From an uncultured Eubacteriales bacterium (lineage in GTDB: Bacteria > Bacillota > Clostridia > Oscillospirales > Oscillospiraceae), in NCBI GenBank assembly GCA_900316205.1, contig ONBX01000001.1, positions 83,373 through 147,372 on the forward strand: a stretch of 64,000 bases of DNA, written 5' to 3'. Position 1 is the first letter of the stretch, and each line of letters opens with the position of its first letter. Both the position numbers and the translations under genes were made by a program. Below are positions 8,431 to 17,607 of this stretch, one piece after another. Under the pieces are notes generated by a model that was not told where the DNA came from, ran no database searches, and worked only from the letters and a program-made list of their open reading frames with translations.

Positions 8431-9774
8431 ATGACCCACACGTTCCATGGCGGCGTGCACCCGAATTATATGAAGCGACCGGATATTCCCATCACGGTCA
8501 TTGCGCCGCCTAAGCAGGTTGTGATCCCCCTCATCCAGCATATCGGCGCGCCCTGCAAGCCTCTGGTCCAGAAGGGCGATCTCGTGAAAATGGGACAGAA
8601 GATCGGCGAGAACCCCGCGCCTGTCTCCGCCCCGGTCCATTCTCCCGTCTCCGGCAAGGTCATCGCGGTGGAGCCTCGGCCCCATCCCCTGGGCGATCTG
8701 ATCCCCTCCGTCGTCATTGAAAACGACGGGCTGGACACGCCAGAATTCATGGAGCCCCTCACCGACGCCCAGCTCAAGGATCAGGACGCCATTCTTGAGC
8801 GCATCCGCGAAGCCGGCGTTGTCGGCATGGGCGGCGCCATGTTCCCCACCGCTTTCAAAATCAAGGGCGGCATCGGCAAGGTGGACAAGCTCATCATCAA
8901 CGGCGCCGAATGCGAGCCTTACCTGAACGGCGACCATCTCACCATGCTGAATTTCCCCGAGCAGCTGCTCAAGGGCATTGAGCTGGTGCGCATCGCCAGC
9001 GGTGTGGAGAAGGCCTATTACGGCATCGAGGTCAACAAGCAGGACGCCATCGATCTGCTCAACTCCCTTCATCCCGAGCAGTACGGCATCGAGATCGTGC
9101 CCGAGAAGGTCAAGTACCCCCAGGGCGGCGAGAAAATGCAGGTCAAGGCTGTCACCGGCCGGGAGGTCAAGCCCGGCGGCCTGCCCTCCGGCGTGGGCGC
9201 CAATGTGGTCTCCACCCGCACCTGCTATGCTATCTATCAGGCCTGCTATGAAGGCAAGCCTGTGATCGAGCGCATTGTCACCGTCTCCGGCAGCGCTTTG
9301 AAGGACACGGTAAACGCCCTGACCCGCGTGGGCACTCCCTTCGGCTATCTTGCCGAGCAGTGCGGCGGCTTTGTGAAGACGCCCCGCAAGATCGTTCTGG
9401 GCGGCCCCATGATGGGCATCTGCGCCACCAGCTTTGACGCGCCCACCATCAAGGGCACCGCAGGCGTTCTCTTCTTCACCGAAGAGGAGGACCGGCACGA
9501 GGACGAACCCACCTGCATCCGCTGCGGCAAGTGCATCACCGTCTGCCCCATGAAGCTGGAGCCGGTGTTCATGTACATGTATTACAGCAAGGGCGACTAT
9601 GACATGCTGGAGAAGTACCACGTGATGGACTGCTTCGAGTGCGGCAGCTGCTCTTACAACTGCCCTGCACGCATGCCGCTGACCCATGCCTTCAAGACCG
9701 CCAAGCTCATGTTCCAGGCAAAGGCGGCCAAGGAGAAAGCCAAGGCCGAGGCAGCAAAGGAGGCCAAGCAATGA
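8431..9774 (+). CDS. rnfC: Rnf complex subunit C
   Basis: MTHTFHGGVHP N-terminus; two 4Fe-4S Cys clusters (CIRCGKCITVCP, CFECGSCSYNCP). ATG at 8431 lies 6 nt after GAGGTG, preferred over the track's GTG at 8422. First gene of a syntenic rnfCDGEAB set. Confidence 0.9.
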   Translation: MTHTFHGGVHPNYMKRPDIPITVIAPPKQVVIPLIQHIGAPCKPLVQKGDLVKMGQKIGENPAPVSAPVHSPVSGKVIAVEPRPHPLGDLIPSVVIENDGLDTPEFMEPLTDAQLKDQDAILERIREAGVVGMGGAMFPTAFKIKGGIGKVDKLIINGAECEPYLNGDHLTMLNFPEQLLKGIELVRIASGVEKAYYGIEVNKQDAIDLLNSLHPEQYGIEIVPEKVKYPQGGEKMQVKAVTGREVKPGGLPSGVGANVVSTRTCYAIYQACYEGKPVIERIVTVSGSALKDTVNALTRVGTPFGYLAEQCGGFVKTPRKIVLGGPMMGICATSFDAPTIKGTAGVLFFTEEEDRHEDEPTCIRCGKCITVCPMKLEPVFMYMYYSKGDYDMLEKYHVMDCFECGSCSYNCPARMPLTHAFKTAKLMFQAKAAKEKAKAEAAKEAKQ

Positions 9775-10820
9775 ACGAGAAGAAAGAACGCATCATTCTG
9801 GATGTGGCGTACCAGCCCCAGATCCGCACCAACATCGATACCCGGCGGCTCATGGGCTGCGTGCTCCTGTCGCTGCTGCCGGCGGTGATCATGGCCGTGT
9901 GGCAGTTCGGACCCAAGACCCTGATCGTCATGGGTTCCTCTGTGCTCTCCGCCGTGTTCTTCGAGTGGGCCATCCGCAAGTTCCGCAAGCAGAGCGCCTC
10001 CATCGGCGATCTCTCCGCGGTGGTCACGGGCCTGCTCCTGGCCCTGACCCTGCCTCCCACCTCTCCCTGGTGGCTGCCGGTCATCGGCACCTTCTTCGGC
10101 ATCGTGGTGGTCAAGCAGCTCTACGGCGGCATCGGCAAGAACTTCCTGAACCCGGCCCTGGCCGGCCGTGCCTTCCTGCTGGCGTCCTACGCCATGCTCA
10201 TGGGCCGCTTCGCCGCACCCGCCGCCATGAACGGCATCGAAGGTGTGGACGCTATCTCCGCGGCAACGCCCCTGGCCTTCCTCTACGGCAGCGAGGGCAT
10301 GCCTGCCTACTACAATGTGAAGACCCTGTTCCTGGGCTTTGTTCCCGGCGCCATGGGAGAGATCAGCACCCTGGCTCTGCTCATCGGCGGCATCTACCTC
10401 ATCGCCCGCAAGGTGATCTCCTGGCGCATCCCCGTCTCCTTCCTGGGAACGGTGGCGCTCCTGACCCTGATCTTCGGACACGAGGGCATGAGCAATGTGG
10501 AATTCATGCTCTATAACCTGCTCTCCGGCGGCCTGGTGCTGGGCGCCTTCTTTATGGCCACTGACTATGCCACCAGTCCCGTCACCCTGAACGGCCAGCT
10601 GCTCTACGGCGCAGGCTGCGGCGCCCTCACCGTGCTGATCCGCTACTTCGGCGGCTTCCCCGAGGGCGTGAGCTACGCCATCCTGCTGATGAACCTCTGC
10701 GCCTGGGCCATCGACAAGGGCTTCCACCGCCACCAGTTCGGCGTCAGCAAGGAAGACATTGCCGCGGAGAAGGCGGCCAGAAAGGCGGAAAAGAAAGCTG
10801 CAAAGGAGGCTGCGAAATGA
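9771..10820 (+). CDS. rnfD: Rnf complex subunit D
   Basis: Polytopic membrane protein. ATG at 9771 overlaps the rnfC stop (ATGA) and sits 7 nt after AAGGAGG. The track ORF start at 9639 lies inside rnfC. Confidence 0.9.
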   Translation: MNEKKERIILDVAYQPQIRTNIDTRRLMGCVLLSLLPAVIMAVWQFGPKTLIVMGSSVLSAVFFEWAIRKFRKQSASIGDLSAVVTGLLLALTLPPTSPWWLPVIGTFFGIVVVKQLYGGIGKNFLNPALAGRAFLLASYAMLMGRFAAPAAMNGIEGVDAISAATPLAFLYGSEGMPAYYNVKTLFLGFVPGAMGEISTLALLIGGIYLIARKVISWRIPVSFLGTVALLTLIFGHEGMSNVEFMLYNLLSGGLVLGAFFMATDYATSPVTLNGQLLYGAGCGALTVLIRYFGGFPEGVSYAILLMNLCAWAIDKGFHRHQFGVSKEDIAAEKAARKAEKKAAKEAAK

Positions 10821-11416
10821 ATAAGATTCTGAAGCTGACCTTTGTGCTCTTCCTGATCTGCGCCATCGTGGCCGGCATCCTCGGCGCGGTGGACCTGATC
10901 ACCAGAGACCGCATCACTGCCTATCAGACCGAAAAATCCAACGCGGCCCGCGCCGCTGTCATGCCCGTGAACGTACCCGAAGGTCAGGCACTCTATACGG
11001 ACCTGGACCTGAAGGACCTGGGCATCCCCACCAACATCAACGCCAACGGCCAGAAGATCAAGATCCTCTCCGTGTCTGAGGCCAACGACGGCTCCGGCTG
11101 GGTGGTGGAGACCGAGTTCTCCGGCGCTCAGGGCACCATTGTCATGATGGTGGGCGTGAACCAGGCGCTCCGCTGCACCGGCATTTCCATCACCCAGCAT
11201 TCCGAGACCTCGGGCCTGGGCGCCAATGCCGCCAGCGTTGCGGAAGTGGGCGTAAACTTCCGCGCCCAGTTCAAGGGCGTGGACGAGCATGTGCAGCTCA
11301 AGAAGGCCGGCGGCGAGATCGACGCGCTCTCCGGCGCCACCATCACCTCCCGCAGCGTGACCAATGCCACCTCCGCGGCCATCCAGTTCGTGGAAGCGCT
11401 GCAGAGTGCGAACTAA
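10817..11416 (+). CDS. rnfG: Rnf complex subunit G (FMN-binding)
   Basis: N-terminal TM helix plus FMN-attachment-type motif SGATITSRSV. ATGA overlap with rnfD. Confidence 0.88.
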   Translation: MNKILKLTFVLFLICAIVAGILGAVDLITRDRITAYQTEKSNAARAAVMPVNVPEGQALYTDLDLKDLGIPTNINANGQKIKILSVSEANDGSGWVVETEFSGAQGTIVMMVGVNQALRCTGISITQHSETSGLGANAASVAEVGVNFRAQFKGVDEHVQLKKAGGEIDALSGATITSRSVTNATSAAIQFVEALQSAN

Positions 11417-11428
11417 GGAGGGAAGGGC

Positions 11429-12115
11429 ATGAACTTTAAGAAACAACTCAAAGAGGGCGTTATCACCAATAACCCCATCCTGGTCCAGCAGCTTGGCATG
11501 TGCGCCACCATGGCCATCACCACCTCGCTCTTCAACGGCGTGGGCATGGGCCTCTCGGTGCTCATCATCCTGACCTGCTGCAACGTGGCGGTTTCCGCCG
11601 TGCGCAAGTTTATCCCGGACGAGATCCGTCTGGCCATCTTCGTGGTCATCATCGCGGGCTTCGTTACCATCGTGGACCTGCTCCTGCAGGCTTACATCCC
11701 CGCCCTCAGCGAATCTCTGGGCGTGTTCATTCCGCTGATCGTCGTCAACTGCATCATCATCGGCCGTGCCGAGGCCTTCTGCCAGAAGAACCCCGTCGGC
11801 CCCTCCTTTGTGGACGGCATCACCCAGGGCCTGGGCTACACTGTGGTGCTGATCGTGATGTGCCTGATCCGTGAGTTTCTTGGCAGCGGGCGCTTCGGCG
11901 GCGGTCTCATCGATGTGGCCAAGGGCATCACCCTGGACGGCACCGGCTCCGGCATCCAGCTTTTTAATTCCGATTACGGCGCCTCCATCCTGACCCTGCC
12001 TGTGGGCGGCTTTTTGACCCTGGGCTTCATCTTCGCCGCCATGCAGGCTGCCCTGAAGAAGGCTGCCAAAAAGAAAGCCGAAAAAGCCAATGAAGAGGAG
12101 GGTGAAGAGGCATGA
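11429..12115 (+). CDS. rnfE: Rnf complex subunit E
   Basis: RnfE/NqrD-like membrane protein (NPILVQQLGMC, LIVVNCII). Position in operon. Confidence 0.88.
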   Translation: MNFKKQLKEGVITNNPILVQQLGMCATMAITTSLFNGVGMGLSVLIILTCCNVAVSAVRKFIPDEIRLAIFVVIIAGFVTIVDLLLQAYIPALSESLGVFIPLIVVNCIIIGRAEAFCQKNPVGPSFVDGITQGLGYTVVLIVMCLIREFLGSGRFGGGLIDVAKGITLDGTGSGIQLFNSDYGASILTLPVGGFLTLGFIFAAMQAALKKAAKKKAEKANEEEGEEA

Positions 12116-12699
12116 CAGTCACCGAATATCTGTCCATCGCCATTGGAGCGATCCTGATCAACAACTTCATTTTCTCCCAGTTTTTGGGCTGCTGCCCCTT
12201 CCTGGGCTGCTCCAGCAAGGTGGAGACGGCTTCCGGCATGGGCCTGGCCGTGGTCTTCGTCATGGGCCTGGCTTCCGCCATCTGCTATGTGGTCAATGAG
12301 TTCATCCTGGTGCCCCTGGGTCTTGCCTTCCTGAAGACCCTGGCCTTCATTCTGGTCATTGCTGCTCTGGTGCAGTTTGTGGAGATGTTCCTGAAAAAGG
12401 CCGTCCCCAGCCTGTACTCCGCCCTGGGCATCTACCTGCCCCTCATCACCACCAACTGCGCGGTGCTGGGCGTGGTGCTGCTGAACGTGCAGAACGGCTA
12501 TGACTTCCTGGGCTCTGTGATTTACGGCATCACAGGCGGTCTGGGCTTTATGCTGGCCATCGTTCTGTTTGCCAGCGTTCGGGAGCGCATCCGCTTTGCC
12601 GATTATCCGGAGTGCTTTGAAGGCTTCCCCATTTGCCTGATTTCCGCCGGCCTCGTCGCTCTGGCCTTCATGGGCTTCAGCGGTATGAAGATCTTTTAA
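12112..12699 (+). CDS. rnfA: Rnf complex subunit A
   Basis: RnfA/NqrE-like (NNFIFSQFLGCCPFLG, LITTNCAVLG). ATGA overlap with rnfE. Confidence 0.88.
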   Translation: MTVTEYLSIAIGAILINNFIFSQFLGCCPFLGCSSKVETASGMGLAVVFVMGLASAICYVVNEFILVPLGLAFLKTLAFILVIAALVQFVEMFLKKAVPSLYSALGIYLPLITTNCAVLGVVLLNVQNGYDFLGSVIYGITGGLGFMLAIVLFASVRERIRFADYPECFEGFPICLISAGLVALAFMGFSGMKIF

Positions 12700-12711
12700 G
12701 GAGGGTGCGAG

Positions 12712-13506
12712 ATGTCGATCGTCTATTCTGTCCTCGTTCTCGGCGCCCTGGGCGCCATCTTCGGCGCGCTGCTGGCCTTCGCCGCCAAAATCTTCCACGT
12801 AGAGGTGGATCCCAAGCAGGCCGCCGTGCGGGAATGCCTGGCCGGCGCCAACTGCGGCGGCTGCGGCTACCCCGGCTGTGACGGCTATGCCGCCGCCGTG
12901 GCCAAGGGCGAAGCCCCCTGCAACAAGTGCGTGGCCTCCGGTCCGGAAGCTGCCGCCAAGATTGCAGAGATCATGGGTGTTGCTGCCTCCGATGCGGAGA
13001 AGATGGTGGCCTTCGTGCCCTGTTCCGGCTGCAAGGATGTGGCCGAGATGCGCTTCAACTACACCGGCCCCGAAGACTGCCGCGCCGCCATGCTCTTCGG
13101 CGGCAAGAGCAACAAGCTCTGCACCTTCGCCTGCATCGGTATGGGCAACTGTGTTAAGGCCTGCAAGTTTGACGCCATGCATATCGTCAACGGCGTCGCC
13201 AAGGTGGACCGCTCCAAGTGCGTGGGCTGCGGCGCCTGCGCGGATGCCTGCCCCAAGGACATCGTAAAGCTCCTGCCCGAGAAGCAGAAGGTTGTGGTGG
13301 CCTGCCGCAGCCAGGACAAGGGCGCGCAGGTCATGAAGATGTGCAAGGCCGGCTGCATCGGCTGCATGAAGTGCCAGCGGGAGTGCCCCAACGACGCGAT
13401 CCATGTGGAGAACTTCCTTGCGAAGATCGATCCCGAAAAGTGCGTGCAGTGCGGTCACTGCGCGGAGGTCTGCCCCCGGCAGATCATCAAAAAGCTTGAC
13501 GCCTGA
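12712..13506 (+). CDS. rnfB: Rnf complex subunit B (polyferredoxin)
   Basis: N-terminal TM helix, CGGCGYPGC motif, and several CxxCxxCxxxCP ferredoxin clusters. Confidence 0.88.
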   Translation: MSIVYSVLVLGALGAIFGALLAFAAKIFHVEVDPKQAAVRECLAGANCGGCGYPGCDGYAAAVAKGEAPCNKCVASGPEAAAKIAEIMGVAASDAEKMVAFVPCSGCKDVAEMRFNYTGPEDCRAAMLFGGKSNKLCTFACIGMGNCVKACKFDAMHIVNGVAKVDRSKCVGCGACADACPKDIVKLLPEKQKVVVACRSQDKGAQVMKMCKAGCIGCMKCQRECPNDAIHVENFLAKIDPEKCVQCGHCAEVCPRQIIKKLDA

Positions 13507-13525
13507 GCTTGCTTTCCAAGTGTAC

Positions 13526-13565
13526 AAAACACCGGAGATCCTTTGGATTTCCGGTGTTTTGCTTT
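13526..13565 (+). terminator. Rho-independent terminator of the rnf operon
   Basis: Stem aaaacaccggagatcc / ggatttccggtgtttt followed by gcTTTT. Confidence 0.8.
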
Positions 13566-13574
13566 TCGCCCCTA

Positions 13575-13603
13575 TTGACATATACCCCATAGGGGTATAT
13601 AGT
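13575..13603 (+). promoter_or_regulatory. csoR-copA promoter with CsoR-type operator
   Basis: TTGACA (13575-13580), 17-nt spacer, TATAGT (13598-13603). The spacer is the perfect palindrome TATACCCC-A-TAGGGGTATA (13581-13599), the GC-tract inverted repeat typical of CsoR boxes. Confidence 0.75.
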
Positions 13604-13629
13604 AAGAGCAATGAAAGGAAGTGACGGAT

Positions 13630-13956
13630 ATGGAAGAAAAGTGCTGCTGCTGCGCAGCCGAAGAGGAAAGCGGGGAAAAGAAGCTCCGGCATCGCACGCC
13701 GGAGGAGTATAAGCGCCTCTGCAATCGGCTCAGCCGCATTGAGGGGCAGATCCGGGGCATCCGCCGCATGCTGGACGAGAGCGCCTACTGTCCGGATATC
13801 CTGACCCAGGCGGCTGCCGCCAACGCCGCTCTCAATGCGTTCTCCCGGGAGCTTTTGAGTCAGCATATCCGTTCCTGTGTGGTAAACGATCTACAGGAGG
13901 GAAATCCTGATACTGTGGACGAGCTACTGGACACCCTGCAGAAGCTGATGCGGTGA
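13630..13956 (+). CDS. csoR: Copper-sensing transcriptional repressor CsoR family
   Basis: Family core RLSRIEGQIRGIRRMLDE..YCPDILTQ...HIRSC (C-H-C ligand pattern). ATG 13630 lies 8 nt after AAAGGAAG, preferred over GTG 13621. Confidence 0.85.
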   Translation: MEEKCCCCAAEEESGEKKLRHRTPEEYKRLCNRLSRIEGQIRGIRRMLDESAYCPDILTQAAAANAALNAFSRELLSQHIRSCVVNDLQEGNPDTVDELLDTLQKLMR

Positions 13957-13986
13957 GTTTTGAGATTTAGGTGACTGGAGTTCCTG

Positions 13987-14115
13987 GCGCCCCCTCCGGG
14001 GGAGCTGTCACCGCCGTATACGGCGATGACTGAAGGGGTCGTTGGCCGATCGACACCCCTTCTGTCACGGCTGCGCTGTGCTTGCCGCGACACCTCCCCC
14101 AGAGGGGGAGGCAAG
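13987..14115 (+). repeat. Multi-hairpin GC-rich intergenic repeat, copy A
   Basis: Collinear with 62391-62511 over about 120 nt. Shared blocks: GCnCCCCCnnnGGGGGAGCTGTC, GTGACTGAAGGGG, CGGCTGCGCTGTGCTTGCCGCGACACCTCCCCCAGnGGGGGAGGCAAG. Confidence 0.8.
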
Positions 14116-14171
14116 TTCTCCATCCGTCTACATTTCCGCGATGCGGCAAGAGGAATCAGAAAGGACAAAGC

Positions 14172-16706
14172 ATGAAACAGTATAACGTCACGGGCATGAG
14201 CTGCGCCGCCTGCTCGGCCCGGGTGGAAAAGGCGGTAAACGGTGTTCCCGGCGTGACCTCCTGCTCGGTGAGCCTGCTCACAAACTCCATGGGCGTGGAG
14301 GGCACGGCGGCGGATTCCGCCATCGTGGCCGCGGTGGAGGCCGCGGGCTACGGCGCCAGCCTCAAGGGCGCAAAGAGCGAAAGCAGCTCCGCCCCGGCGG
14401 AGGACGCCCTGGCGGACCGGGAAACGCCGGTGCTCAAAAAGCGCCTGATCAGTTCTCTAGGCTTTCTGGCGCTGCTGATGTATCTCTCCATGGGCCACAG
14501 CATGGCAGGCTTCCCGGTGCCCACGTTTCTGGAAAACCCTGTGGCCATGGCCCTGACCCAGATGCTCATCGCCATCGTGGTGATGCTCATCAACAAGAAG
14601 TTTTTCACCAGCGGCTTTCGCAGCCTCCTGCACCGCGCGCCCAATATGGACACCCTGGTGGCCCTGGGCTCCGCCGCCGCCTTTGGCTACAGCCTGGTGG
14701 AGCTCTATCTGATGATCGCCGCCCAGGGCGCGGGGGACAGGGAGACCATCCACCGCTATGCCCACAACCTGTATTTCGAGACCGCCGCCATGATCCCATG
14801 CCTCATCACCGTGGGCAAGATGCTGGAGGCCATGAGCAAGGGCCGCACCACCGACGCGCTGAAGAGTCTGATGAAGCTGGCTCCCAAGACCGCCGTCCTC
14901 TGGCAGGAGGGGAAAGAGCTGGAGGTGGAGATCGACCGGGTCCGGACCGGAGACCTCTTTGTGGTCCGCCCGGGGGAGAGCATCCCCGTGGACGGCGTGG
15001 TGCTGGAAGGGGAGAGCGCGGTGAACGAGGCCGCCCTCACCGGGGAGAGCATCCCCGTGGACAAAGCGCCGGGAGATACCCTCTCCGCCGCCACCATCAA
15101 CCAGTCCGGCTATCTGAAGGCCCGGGCCACCCGGGTGGGGGAGGACACCACCCTCAGCCAGATCATTCGCATGGTCTCCGACGCCGCTGCCACCAAGGCT
15201 CCCATCGCCCGCATCGCGGACCGGGTCTCGGCGGTCTTTGTCCCGGCGGTGATCGGGGTATCCCTGTTCACCCTGGCAGTCTGGCTGCTCGCGGGCAAGA
15301 ATTTTTCGTTCTCCATTGCAAGAGCCATCGCCGTTCTGGTGATCTCCTGCCCCTGCGCCCTGGGTCTGGCCACCCCCGTGGCCATCATGGTGGGCAGCGG
15401 CGTGGGCGCCAAAAACGGCATCCTGTTTAAGACAGCCGTCTCCCAGGAGGAGGCGGGGAAGATGGACATCGTCGCCTTGGACAAGACCGGCACCGTCACC
15501 GCCGGGGAGCCCCGGGTCACGGATCTGCTCCCGTCGGAGGGCGTCACGGAGGATGAACTGCTGGGGCTTGCCGCCTCCCTGGAGCAGTACTCCGAGCATC
15601 CCCTGGCAAAAGCCGTCATGGCCTGCGCCCGGGAGAAGGGAACGACGCTGCTTCCTCTGGATGGCTTCCGCGCCCTGCCGGGTAACGGCCTCACCGCGAA
15701 TCTGGACGGGAAGATGATCCTGGCGGGCTCCGGCAAGTTCATGGCCAAAAACTGCACCATCGACGCAGTCACACGGCAGCGGACTGACGCTCTCTCCGCC
15801 CAGGGCAAGACCCCGCTGTTCTTTGACCGGGACGGAAAGCTCCTCGGCCTGATCGCCGTGGCCGATACCATCAAGGACGATTCCGCCCAGGCGGTAAAAG
15901 AGTTACAGAATCTTGGATTAACAGTCGTTATGTTAACCGGTGACAATGCCCGCACCGCCAAGGCCATCGGCAATCAGGCGGGGGTGGACCATGTGATCGC
16001 CGGTGTCCTGCCCGACGGGAAGGAGAGCGTCATCCGCACGCTCTCGGAATACGGCAAGGTCGCCATGGTGGGGGACGGCATCAACGACGCCCCTGCTCTG
16101 ACCCGGGCGGACCTGGGCGTGGCCATTGGCGCCGGGGCGGACGTGGCCATCGACGCTGCCGACGTGGTTCTGATGAAGTCCCGGCTCACCGACGTCTCCG
16201 CCGCCGTTCGTCTCAGCCGCGCCACCCTTCGCAACATCCACGAAAACCTGTTCTGGGCCTTTTTCTACAACATCATCTGCATCCCCCTGGCCGCGGGCTT
16301 TTACCAGGCCCTCTTCGGCTGGAGCTGGGAGATGAACCCCATGATCGGCGCCGCCGCCATGAGCCTTTCCAGCTTCACCGTCTGCATGAATGCCCTGCGC
16401 CTCAACCTGTTCCGGCTTCGGGACCCCTCTCACGACCGGCCCCGGAATACGCATAAAAAGGAAATTCCCAACGAGATTTTTGAAGAAAAGGAGACAAGTA
16501 CCATGGAAAGAACCCTGAAGATCGAAGGCATGATGTGCAAGCACTGCGAGGCCCGGGTCAAGAAGACCCTGGAGGCCCTGGAGGGTGTGGAGAGCGCCGT
16601 GGTCAGCCACGAGACCGGCACCGCCGTCGTCACCGGCAATGCGGACTTCGAGACCATGAAGGCCGCCGTGGAGGCCCAGGATTACAAGGTCCTCGGCATT
16701 GAATGA
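14172..16706 (+). CDS. copA: Copper-translocating P-type ATPase with N-terminal and C-terminal HMA domains
   Basis: MKQYNVTGMSCAAC HMA; CPC (SCPCALG), DKTGT, GDGINDAP. A C-terminal second HMA domain (MERTLKIEGMMCKHC...) is present. The track start 14082 runs into the repeat, so ATG 14172 is preferred. Confidence 0.9.
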   Translation: MKQYNVTGMSCAACSARVEKAVNGVPGVTSCSVSLLTNSMGVEGTAADSAIVAAVEAAGYGASLKGAKSESSSAPAEDALADRETPVLKKRLISSLGFLALLMYLSMGHSMAGFPVPTFLENPVAMALTQMLIAIVVMLINKKFFTSGFRSLLHRAPNMDTLVALGSAAAFGYSLVELYLMIAAQGAGDRETIHRYAHNLYFETAAMIPCLITVGKMLEAMSKGRTTDALKSLMKLAPKTAVLWQEGKELEVEIDRVRTGDLFVVRPGESIPVDGVVLEGESAVNEAALTGESIPVDKAPGDTLSAATINQSGYLKARATRVGEDTTLSQIIRMVSDAAATKAPIARIADRVSAVFVPAVIGVSLFTLAVWLLAGKNFSFSIARAIAVLVISCPCALGLATPVAIMVGSGVGAKNGILFKTAVSQEEAGKMDIVALDKTGTVTAGEPRVTDLLPSEGVTEDELLGLAASLEQYSEHPLAKAVMACAREKGTTLLPLDGFRALPGNGLTANLDGKMILAGSGKFMAKNCTIDAVTRQRTDALSAQGKTPLFFDRDGKLLGLIAVADTIKDDSAQAVKELQNLGLTVVMLTGDNARTAKAIGNQAGVDHVIAGVLPDGKESVIRTLSEYGKVAMVGDGINDAPALTRADLGVAIGAGADVAIDAADVVLMKSRLTDVSAAVRLSRATLRNIHENLFWAFFYNIICIPLAAGFYQALFGWSWEMNPMIGAAAMSLSSFTVCMNALRLNLFRLRDPSHDRPRNTHKKEIPNEIFEEKETSTMERTLKIEGMMCKHCEARVKKTLEALEGVESAVVSHETGTAVVTGNADFETMKAAVEAQDYKVLGIE

Positions 16707-16737
16707 TCGTAGGGGACGGCGTCCCCGACGTCCCGCA

Positions 16738-16783
16738 AAAGAAAGAGTGAAGAGAGACAGTTCTCCCTTCACTCTTTCTTTTT
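16738..16783 (+). terminator. Rho-independent terminator after copA
   Basis: 15-bp stem aaagaaagagtgaag / cttcactctttcttt followed by TT. Confidence 0.8.
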
Positions 16784-16947
16784 AGCGGATTTCCGTTCAG
16801 CGCCGCTTCCGCGAGCCGATCCCCCTCGTAACGGAACGCGTAGGGGAGGGGCTTGCCCCCTCCCGGCAGCATAAAGAACTGTCTTGAAAAATGTTCGGCG
16901 AACTCGCAGATTGTACGAATTCGCCAAGCATTTCTCTTTTTATCCTG

Positions 16948-17514
16948 TCAGTTGCCTTCGGTGCTTCGGTCTTTTGCTTTGCTGCCAAGGAAAAACCATG
17001 TAAGGATGATCCAAACGATCGAAATGATGATCAAAACCCACCCGATTGCAGAAACCCAGGGAGAGTCTGAAAGGAGCTTCGAGCAGAAACAGAAGCCGAT
17101 TGTTATGGCTATCATGCAATTCCTTAGGGTCTCTAAGCGGTATAGCCTGTTTCGATCGCGAATCAATTCCCCATAAGCTTCCGGGTCATCCGGCTGCGGC
17201 TTCACTTCAATAATGCGCAGAAAAGCGGGGGTCCTTCTTGTGAAGGTGTTGAGTTTGGAATGACTTCGGGGGACACCAAATGTTTTTGCGATATCCGAAT
17301 ATCGCAAATTGAGATCGAACTGTCCGTCAGATTTCAGATATCCGCCTCCATGCCAGAGGAAGTAACGAGTGTTTTTAGGTACGGCTTTCTCAAACAGAAG
17401 AAAACATGGCGAATAGGAGATAAGCATCCAGCCCCGGCTACTCATTTTCTGCAAATACGCTTCGATCTTGGGATATAAAAATGCGGGTAGAAATAGAAGG
17501 TATATTTTTTTCAT
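16948..17514 (-). CDS. DUF2812-like membrane protein
   Basis: N-terminal IEAYLQKMSSRGWMLISY resembles the DUF2812 signature; two C-terminal TM helices. GC is visibly lower than in neighbours. No PadR-type partner is adjacent. Confidence 0.55.
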   Translation of the reverse strand: MKKIYLLFLPAFLYPKIEAYLQKMSSRGWMLISYSPCFLLFEKAVPKNTRYFLWHGGGYLKSDGQFDLNLRYSDIAKTFGVPRSHSKLNTFTRRTPAFLRIIEVKPQPDDPEAYGELIRDRNRLYRLETLRNCMIAITIGFCFCSKLLSDSPWVSAIGWVLIIISIVWIILTWFFLGSKAKDRSTEGN

Positions 17515-17607
17515 TTCAGTTTCCCTTGGATTACTACGGAGAACTCATCGAAACAGTTGACGGCCGGCTTGTATCAGCGCTGTGTTCTGTTTCATCCTAC
17601 TGGGCTT

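Noticed and set aside
13987-14115. Hairpin repeats as a possible CRISPR array.
   Set aside because: Copies are single, kilobases apart, in both orientations and about 120-160 nt long. There is no regular repeat-spacer periodicity and no cas genes.
14082-14171. The track's 5' extension of copA (MPRHLPQRGRQVLHPSTFPRCGKRNQKGQS).
   Set aside because: The extension is translated from repeat copy A. The HMA domain starts at the ATG at 14172.
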